A stretch of 61,235 nucleotides of DNA, filler included, from an uncultured Chlamydiae bacterium (GTDB lineage: Bacteria > Chlamydiota > Chlamydiia > Chlamydiales > SM23-39), in NCBI GenBank assembly GCA_937899275.1. It is 5 parts of 5 records of this genome, joined end to end, with 100 filler letters (N's around TTAATTAATTAA, not from the genome) between each part and the next. Parts side by side here need not be neighbours in the genome. Positions count along the whole stretch, not along the records: positions 16,816 to 26,506 come from CALBPE010000109.1; 4 more parts are not named here. The stretch is one strand, 5' to 3'. Below are positions 19,875-26,606 of this stretch, piece by piece; position 1 is the stretch's first letter, and the number at the start of each line of letters is the position of its first letter. The position numbers and the translations under genes are program-made. The notes beneath the pieces were generated by a model, which was not told the origin of the DNA, ran no database searches, and worked only from the letters and a program-made list of their open reading frames with translations.

Positions 19875-22774
19875 AAGAGCCACAAAATCTTTTTCATAAA
19901 GGAGAAAAAATTACCCTTGAAAAACTGCAAGAACGCGCTTTTTTTCAAGAAAAAGCGCTCTATTTTATTGAAAAAGGAACGCTTGATATCTATTACAAAA
20001 CTGCAGAGGCAAACGCTGTTTTTCTCGCTACAAGAAGCAAAGGCCACATCCTTTTAGGAGGAGAATCGATCAAAGGCGCTTTTTATATTCAGGCGCTACA
20101 AGATGTAGAGCTTTTCAAGATTTCCTTTGAAAAAATAGAAAAAAACGCTCTTTTGTGGATCGCATCTGAAATCATGCATACAGCAAAAGCGCTGAGCGCT
20201 AGTTTGCTCTATAGACTTCAAGAGCATGTAGGTATGCACGCTACTTTTAAACCGGGGGAAAAGATCTCTTTTGAGGAGAAAAAAACGCAGCATATACGGC
20301 CCTATTTTTCTGAAAAAAAAGAGGCTATATCATACGCGTTAAAGGTGCGTAGTGGAAAAATGCAGATCGCTGATCTAGACCAAAAAATCTATACTGCTGA
20401 ATCTTTCCCTCTTCTTTTTTTTCGAGAGTTTTCTATTTATGCACTTACACCTGTAGAAATAGAAATCTTTTCTATAGAACAAATGTTGCAAGAAAGGGCT
20501 TTTGCGGGAGCTGTCCAAGATTTTATCTTTCTTTTAGAAGAGATGTGTCTACAGTTTTTTCAGAAAAAAGCTGCAGGAGAAGTTGCAGAAAGTAAACAGT
20601 TAGAAACCCTCAATCAAAAAGCGCTGCAAGAATCTGTTTTTTGCCTAGCGTCTATATTGCAAGCAAAAACGCCTTCTGCTTTTGTACAAAAGCCATGCGC
20701 TCTTGTCGAAAGCATACAAAAAGTTGCAGCCGCTTTGGGGATAGTGGTTACTAAGGCGCCTCCTTATTTACCGTCTAGTTTGAGCGTTCAGGAAAAAATC
20801 GAAAAAATTGCCTATTTTTGGGATATGCCTTTTCGTAAAGTGGAGATTGATCCCTCTTTTTACGGTAAAGATGTGGGACCTCTTTTAGTATTTCGTAAAA
20901 AGAATCGTAAGCCGCTTTCTCTTCTTCCGAAAAGAGCCTGCCAATATGAGGTAATCGACTGTCATGAAAAAACAAAAACGCCATTACAAAAATCGCACAT
21001 GAAAGAATTTTCATCGGAGGCCTATGTATTTTATAAGACCCTACCAGAGCCTCCAAAAGGTATGGATTTGCTACGGTATTCTGTAGAAAAAAATGGCAAA
21101 GATTTTCTTACAACGTTTCTTGCGGGCTTAGGATCGGCGGCGCTTTTGTTATATATACCTTTAGGTATAGGCTGGATTTTTGGGCAGACTTTTGCCGATC
21201 AATCATTTGCACTTTTGTACCAGATTGCTGTGGGGTTTGTATTTGTAGCTATAGGATCCATGGTGTTTTCTTGGACAGAGTCTTTCGCGCTTCTTCGCAT
21301 AGAAAGCATTGTCAGTAACAAAATGCAGTCAGGTATGTGGCAGCGGGTGCTCCACTTGCCTTTGTCTTTTTTTCGCAGATTTACCGCAGGCGATCTTATG
21401 CAAAGAGTAAGCGCTATCGATCAAATCCGGCAAGTGCTGCATATCGGCGGCATTACTGGACTATTTTCTGGGCTTTTTTCTCTTATGTATCTAGCTGTGA
21501 TGTGTTATCGCAGCATAGAGCTTACGGTCATGACGACGCTACCTTTAGCAGTAGGCTCTTTTCTTTATGCAATAGGAGCTGCGGTGTCGATTCAAAAAAC
21601 AGAAAAAATCTTAGATAAAAAAGGCAAACTCTACGCTTTTTTAGTGGAAATGATGAGCGGGATTACAAAAATCCGTTTAGTGCACGCAGAAAACCGCGCA
21701 TTTTACATGTGGTCCAAAGCATTTGCCAAGAAAAAACAAGAGGAGATCACCGTCCAAAAAATTGCGGCTCTTCTCCGTGTTTTTAAAACAGCGATGCAGA
21801 TGATGGGAACGCTACTTCTTTATTACGGCTTTGCAAAACAGCTCCAGCATACTTCGAGTGTGAGCTCCAGCTTAAGCTTAGGTGCGTTTCTATCATTTTT
21901 TGCTGCTTACGGCGCTTTTAGCGGAGCGATTTTTTCTTTTATAGGAGAAATTACAGGCGTATTGACAAAGGTGGTCTCCCTTTGGAAAAGGGCAAAACCT
22001 GTATTCGAAGAGCCTTTAGAAATGCCAGAAAAAAATGGACTATCTCGACCTATTAAGGGAGATATTTTTCTGGAAAAACTTTCTTTTCGCTATAGCCCTT
22101 CTACGCCTCTTTTACTTTCTGATATCTCTTTGCAAATCGAGCATGGATCGTATATTGCAATTGTTGGCCCTTCTGGTGCAGGTAAATCTACTCTTTTTAA
22201 GCTGCTTCTAGGATTTTTTTCCCCAGAAAAAGGGAAGATTTTTTTCGACGGCGTTAGTATGGAAAACCGCGATATTATAGAGCTGCGAAAGCAAATCGGT
22301 GTGGTATTACAAGATAGCGCGATTTTAGGAGGCAGTCTTAGAGAAAATATTTTATGCGGTAGATACTGTACAGATGAAGAAATTACCCACACCTTAGCGC
22401 TTTGTGGTTTTGCCGACGAGCTCGAAAAGCTTCCTATGGGATTAGATACGTTTATCCCTGAAGGGGGCTCGAATTTATCTGGAGGTATGAAGCAGCGCTT
22501 ATTGATTGCAAGAGCGATCATCAAAAAACCCAAAATACTACTACTTGATGAAGCAACAAGCGCTTTAGATAATCTCACGCAAGAAGTGGTGCGAAAAAAT
22601 CTAGATGAGCTGCAAATGACAAGAATCGTGATTGCACATAGGATGTCTACTATTGTCGACGTAGATACAATTTATGTCCTAGATAGGGGAAAAATCGTGC
22701 AATCGGGATCGTTTCAAGAGCTAGTAGAACAAGAGGGGTTATTTCAGTCGCTTGTAGAAAAACAAAGCTTTTAA
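19871..22774 (+). CDS. NHLP bacteriocin export ABC transporter, second permease/ATPase subunit
   Basis: N-terminal cNMP-binding-like segment (YFIEKGTLDIY), degenerate peptidase-like region (DVGPLLVF), TM domain with LPLSFFRRFTAGDL, GPSGAGKST, LSGGMKQRL, DEATSALDN. Confidence 0.9.
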   Translation: MKEPQNLFHKGEKITLEKLQERAFFQEKALYFIEKGTLDIYYKTAEANAVFLATRSKGHILLGGESIKGAFYIQALQDVELFKISFEKIEKNALLWIASEIMHTAKALSASLLYRLQEHVGMHATFKPGEKISFEEKKTQHIRPYFSEKKEAISYALKVRSGKMQIADLDQKIYTAESFPLLFFREFSIYALTPVEIEIFSIEQMLQERAFAGAVQDFIFLLEEMCLQFFQKKAAGEVAESKQLETLNQKALQESVFCLASILQAKTPSAFVQKPCALVESIQKVAAALGIVVTKAPPYLPSSLSVQEKIEKIAYFWDMPFRKVEIDPSFYGKDVGPLLVFRKKNRKPLSLLPKRACQYEVIDCHEKTKTPLQKSHMKEFSSEAYVFYKTLPEPPKGMDLLRYSVEKNGKDFLTTFLAGLGSAALLLYIPLGIGWIFGQTFADQSFALLYQIAVGFVFVAIGSMVFSWTESFALLRIESIVSNKMQSGMWQRVLHLPLSFFRRFTAGDLMQRVSAIDQIRQVLHIGGITGLFSGLFSLMYLAVMCYRSIELTVMTTLPLAVGSFLYAIGAAVSIQKTEKILDKKGKLYAFLVEMMSGITKIRLVHAENRAFYMWSKAFAKKKQEEITVQKIAALLRVFKTAMQMMGTLLLYYGFAKQLQHTSSVSSSLSLGAFLSFFAAYGAFSGAIFSFIGEITGVLTKVVSLWKRAKPVFEEPLEMPEKNGLSRPIKGDIFLEKLSFRYSPSTPLLLSDISLQIEHGSYIAIVGPSGAGKSTLFKLLLGFFSPEKGKIFFDGVSMENRDIIELRKQIGVVLQDSAILGGSLRENILCGRYCTDEEITHTLALCGFADELEKLPMGLDTFIPEGGSNLSGGMKQRLLIARAIIKKPKILLLDEATSALDNLTQEVVRKNLDELQMTRIVIAHRMSTIVDVDTIYVLDRGKIVQSGSFQELVEQEGLFQSLVEKQSF

Positions 22775-24165
22775 GGTAGAAACTGCGCCTCATCTAAAAG
22801 CCCCTTCTGAAATAGCGTATTGATCTGACAAAAAGAAGTGATGTAATCGATTCCATACTCTTCTTGTAATTGTTGCACAAGATGGACCGCTTTTTTCTTG
22901 CCTTTTGCAAGTTCAACAGCTAGGGGATAATAAGCGGCTTTTTTTGCATAACTTGCCTTTGCAAAAGGTGATGAAAAATGCACCGCATCTTTTTCCACTG
23001 TGTGCTGAAATATCGGATTGATAGCCAAAGTATCTTCTTGGCTTATTGCTGTTTTCATATGCTGGTCGATCATCCAAAAAAGGGTGTCTTTGAGATCTTC
23101 TGCAGTGGAAAAAGTTTTTTCCACAAAAGTGATGTAACCCAACGGAAAGGCGCTGCTTGCAGCGCAAGGAGCGATTAACTTCACCGTTTTATCGACCATA
23201 TTGAGTAAAAAACCTGCAACGCAGGCAATGGTTGAAGGATCGCTATCAAGATTGAGGCCAGGGATCGGTTTTTTCCTTTTTTGCGCCATCTCTCTTGCTC
23301 TTCCCGCTAGCACTTTAGGAACGACTGTGTTATCAAACTGTAAAATCAGCTCGATATCGACGAGATCTTCTGGGGAAAATGCTTCCATCACTTTTTGGAA
23401 GGTTTTTCTTGTGACAATAGAAAACCTTTGCACCGAAGCGTTTCTTTTTTTCCAGTAGTGTAAAAGAGCTTTTGTTCGGGCAATATTTTTTACTGGCTGC
23501 GCAGTAGTTGAAGGGGGAATCACCCCTAGAATTTGGTAAAAATCCTCGATAAATGCTTCATAATCGGGATTATCTAGTGGATCGGTAGCCCAGTAGCAAA
23601 AACCACAGGAAGCAGCTTTTTTACCTAATACCTCTTCCATGACTGTAAGGACGCTCTGCCATAGCTTTTGCTGTTCTTTTGTATGCAAGAAGTTGTTTTC
23701 ATGTTGTAAAGCAGATACGCCGCAAAACCAACAACCTACAGAACAGCCTTTGCTTAGTTCCACTGCCCAAGGAGAATAAACGATCATATCATTGCGGTAG
23801 GAGCCGATTTCTTGGTTATTACGGGCAATTTGTCTCGAGCGCCATTTTTGAAAGATAGGATGGTGGGATCGAGAATATTTGCGCACATCATCCATCATGT
23901 GTTTTTTCTTTTGAAGAGCTTGTGTATATGCATCCCATTCTACAGAAGGTAGCTGGAGTGGGTATTTAGGCTGCCGGCCTGTTTTTTGCTTTAAAAGGGC
24001 GTCTAAAATCGCAGGGTCTACTGCAATATTATGGGATTTAAGAAGAAGATCAGGAGCCGTTTCATATTTTTGTCGAAAGGACAAATCTCCAAGCCATAAC
24101 TCTAAAAATCGTTTCATTTTAGCTAAGGCAGTAGGTGTTTTTTCTGGCGCAAAGGTATGTGTCAT
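22771..24165 (-). CDS. Radical SAM RiPP maturase, PoyD/OspD-like peptide epimerase family
   Basis: CxxxCxxC in ELSKGCSVGCWFCGVSA (Cys141/145/148); FCYWATDPLDNPDYE and TIACVAGFLLNMVDKTVKLIAPC...PLGY blocks as I recall them from proteusin epimerases; no SPASM Cys cluster; starts 5 nt after the precursor gene. Confidence 0.82.
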   Translation of the reverse strand: MTHTFAPEKTPTALAKMKRFLELWLGDLSFRQKYETAPDLLLKSHNIAVDPAILDALLKQKTGRQPKYPLQLPSVEWDAYTQALQKKKHMMDDVRKYSRSHHPIFQKWRSRQIARNNQEIGSYRNDMIVYSPWAVELSKGCSVGCWFCGVSALQHENNFLHTKEQQKLWQSVLTVMEEVLGKKAASCGFCYWATDPLDNPDYEAFIEDFYQILGVIPPSTTAQPVKNIARTKALLHYWKKRNASVQRFSIVTRKTFQKVMEAFSPEDLVDIELILQFDNTVVPKVLAGRAREMAQKRKKPIPGLNLDSDPSTIACVAGFLLNMVDKTVKLIAPCAASSAFPLGYITFVEKTFSTAEDLKDTLFWMIDQHMKTAISQEDTLAINPIFQHTVEKDAVHFSSPFAKASYAKKAAYYPLAVELAKGKKKAVHLVQQLQEEYGIDYITSFCQINTLFQKGLLDEAQFLP

Positions 24166-24170
24166 AAGCG

Positions 24171-24725
24171 TTATCTCATGAACATGCTCATCACCTGTTC
24201 AGATGGACCTTCAGAGCGAAAATGGCGGTGAGGTCCATTATGATGTCCGCCGCCTTTACCTCCAGCTACTTGACGCAGTTCTAGCTCATCTAACTGATCG
24301 TTTTGCGTTTTTGGCATAACGAGGTGCATTTGGTTTTCGGTGTTTTCATGAATCTGCAACTGCAAGTTTTTAGGCGGCTTTACCCCGAGTTTTTCCAGCG
24401 CTTCGATAGGGTTTTTCTTAAAAGCAGATTTTTTTTCTCCGTTATTTTGCCATTCTGTGATGATAAAACGGCAAATTTCTTCTAGAGAAGAGTTTTCTTC
24501 TAGTTGGTGTATCTGCTGTTTTTTGTCTAACTTATGATGAGGAATCACCAAGTGGTAGTGGTTGAACGTGTTTTCATGGATAGAAATTTGTAATTCATTA
24601 GGAAAGGATATACCAGCTTTTTCCAAAGCTTTTTTAGGATGAAGGAGCATCTCCGCTTTAAGAGCCGGATCTTCTTTAGCTTGAGCAATGGTTTCTGCAA
24701 TCTTTATTTGTTCTTTTTTATTCAT
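24171..24725 (-). CDS. NHLP-family RiPP precursor B (tandem leader; 28-aa core KGGGHHNGPHRHFRSEGPSEQVMSMFMR, 24174-24257)
   Basis: Two NHLP-like units (DPALKAEMLLHPKKALEKAG...HENTFNHYHLVIP and FKKNPIEALEKLG...HENTENQMHLVMP), then the double-glycine motif LDELELRQVAGG. Confidence 0.88.
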   Translation of the reverse strand: MNKKEQIKIAETIAQAKEDPALKAEMLLHPKKALEKAGISFPNELQISIHENTFNHYHLVIPHHKLDKKQQIHQLEENSSLEEICRFIITEWQNNGEKKSAFKKNPIEALEKLGVKPPKNLQLQIHENTENQMHLVMPKTQNDQLDELELRQVAGGKGGGHHNGPHRHFRSEGPSEQVMSMFMR

Positions 24726-24784
24726 AATACCTTATGTGTTCGGTGTTTTTTATTAAAAGAGGATTTTAGCTTTATTAAATGTAA

Positions 24785-25354
24785 TTAGGGTCCGACTACT
24801 AACATAGCCACACCTAAAGGAGGTACGTTGCTATTTAATGTAGGTGATGGAGGGGGAATAGGATGGTTTCCGCCGCCGCCTTTACCCCCAGCTACTTGCC
24901 TTAGCTCTAGTTCATCTAGATTGTGGTCGGCTTTTTTGGGGATGACAAAATAGCAGGTGCTCTTGGTGTTTTCATAAATTTTGATCTGTATATGTTGCAG
25001 CTTTTCTATGCCAAAAGAGGCGAGAAAACGCATTAAATTTTCTTTTATCTCTTGTTTTTCTTTACCGTTTTCATGCCATTTGGTGATGATGAATCTAGCA
25101 ATTTCTGCAATGGAAGAACTAGAGGAGATGCTTTGTACTTGCTGCCGTAAGTCCAAAGGTTTTTCTGGAATCACTAAGTTATAGGTTGTATGCGTGTTTT
25201 CTACTGCTTTGTAGTCTATGGATTGCTCTAGTTGGAGACCTTCTTTTTCTAGGGTTTTTTTTGTATGGTGTAATAGTTCTTTCTTTAGTTCAGGGTTATG
25301 TATAGCTTTTGCCACAATTTCCCCTATCTTTATCCAATCTTCTTCCTTCATCAC
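24785..25354 (-). CDS. NHLP-family RiPP precursor A (tandem leader; 32-aa core KGGGGNHPIPPPSPTLNSNVPPLGVAMLVVGP, 24788-24883)
   Basis: IVAKAIHNPELKKELL...VENTHTTYNLVIP and second unit IITKWHEN...YENTKSTCYFVIP, then LDELELRQVAGG; paralog of precursor B. Confidence 0.88.
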   Translation of the reverse strand: MMKEEDWIKIGEIVAKAIHNPELKKELLHHTKKTLEKEGLQLEQSIDYKAVENTHTTYNLVIPEKPLDLRQQVQSISSSSSIAEIARFIITKWHENGKEKQEIKENLMRFLASFGIEKLQHIQIKIYENTKSTCYFVIPKKADHNLDELELRQVAGGKGGGGNHPIPPPSPTLNSNVPPLGVAMLVVGP

Positions 25355-25427
25355 AGGCCCTATTTTTTATTCTGGTAGATGTTTTTCATCCTTGCAGTTA
25401 AAAAAAAAATTTGCAACAAATTTTTAT

Positions 25428-26309
25428 ATGAAAGATACAAATGAAAAACCGCTATTGCTTAAACTGGTAAAAAGCCAACACCGTCAGTTGGTAGCGCCGT
25501 TGACATTCAGCGCATATGCCCCTTTACTGCAAGATCCAAATACTAGTGTATTTGCCCTGCAAAGCGGTTTTTTGGATAAAAAGCCCCATTTTGTAGGCCT
25601 AAGTGTAGGCTATTTTGCGGGTGAAGAAGGCAAGATTTTATCTCTTTATGTGCAGCCTTTATATCGAGGGCGCGGTTTAGCTCACCTTCTAATAGAAAAT
25701 CTTGTGAAGGATTTACAAGAAAAACGTGCAAAAATGGTTGGCGTTTCCTATATGCAAAAACCTATTTTAGACCACTTATTTACGAAGTTTGGTTTTGAGA
25801 AGCCGGTAGAAAAAATGCGCGTTCTACATTTTGATAGCAAAACCATGCGCCGTACAAGATGGGTGAGAAATATACCCCTTCCCAGCAAATATCAACTGTT
25901 TCCTCTAGCAGAAGCCACGGGAAAAGATCAACAAAAGATGCAGGAGATATTTGGTAGAAAAGACTTTCCAAAAGAGCTGCGCTTTACCAAAAACCCCGAG
26001 ACAATAGAAAAAATCTCAAGTACAGGCGAAAGAAAAAACGCCATACTAATCGGAAGGCTAGCTACACATAAAGTCGCTCCAAAAACCATCCGCTACACAA
26101 GTCTTTATGTAGATGAAAATAATCGTCTTATCCCTATTGCGCTGATGACAACGGCGATAAGAAACCATTGTGAAAAAGCTGTGGATGATCCTTTTGCCAT
26201 CCAAGGGGTGTTAACGAACTATCCTAAAATGCAGATTTTAGCAAAGCGTAAATTAGAGCCTCTTGCAAATAAGGTGGCTATATCGGTAGATCGCACGCTT
26301 TTTTTATAG
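25428..26309 (+). CDS. GNAT-family acyl/acetyltransferase, divergent from the RiPP precursors
   Basis: Acyl-CoA binding motif ILSLYVQPLYRGRGLAHLL and FTKFGF; second GNAT-like half (IRYTSLYVDE). ATG 25428 preferred because the longer ORF overlaps precursor A on the opposite strand. Confidence 0.82.
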   Translation: MKDTNEKPLLLKLVKSQHRQLVAPLTFSAYAPLLQDPNTSVFALQSGFLDKKPHFVGLSVGYFAGEEGKILSLYVQPLYRGRGLAHLLIENLVKDLQEKRAKMVGVSYMQKPILDHLFTKFGFEKPVEKMRVLHFDSKTMRRTRWVRNIPLPSKYQLFPLAEATGKDQQKMQEIFGRKDFPKELRFTKNPETIEKISSTGERKNAILIGRLATHKVAPKTIRYTSLYVDENNRLIPIALMTTAIRNHCEKAVDDPFAIQGVLTNYPKMQILAKRKLEPLANKVAISVDRTLFL

Positions 26310-26310
26310 A

Positions 26311-26506
26311 TTAAGGCGTTTTTTTCTCCCTTGTGTTTAAAACAGCTTTTACAATCTTTCTAATCGTCTTTTTAGCGGGTTTTCTGCAGAGCACAGCGAC
26401 TACTTTTCCCTGGCTAGGCTCATTTAAGCTCCACTTGATTCCAGACGGAATCCGTACTTTCATATGCGAGCCTTTGCCCCCTTTTCGGTCGATAGTAAGC
26501 CCCATT
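26311..26506 (-). CDS. HicA-like small basic protein or C-terminal domain (at contig edge, may be truncated)
   Basis: G-x-T-x-D-R...GKGSH motif of HicA mRNA interferases, followed by a basic C-terminal helix. Confidence 0.4.
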
Positions 26507-26606
26507 NNNNNNNNNNNNNNNNNNNNNNNNNNNNNNNNNNNNNNNNNNNNTTAATTAATTAANNNNNNNNNNNNNNNNNNNNNNNNNNNNNNNNNNNNNN
26601 NNNNNN
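26507..26606. other. Artificial contig spacer
   Basis: N-run, TTAATTAATTAA, N-run. Confidence 0.98.

Noticed and set aside
25218..25427. 70-codon N-terminal extension of the GNAT ORF
   Set aside because: Antisense to precursor A and Ser/Phe-rich like a shadow frame; ATG 25428 is the better start.
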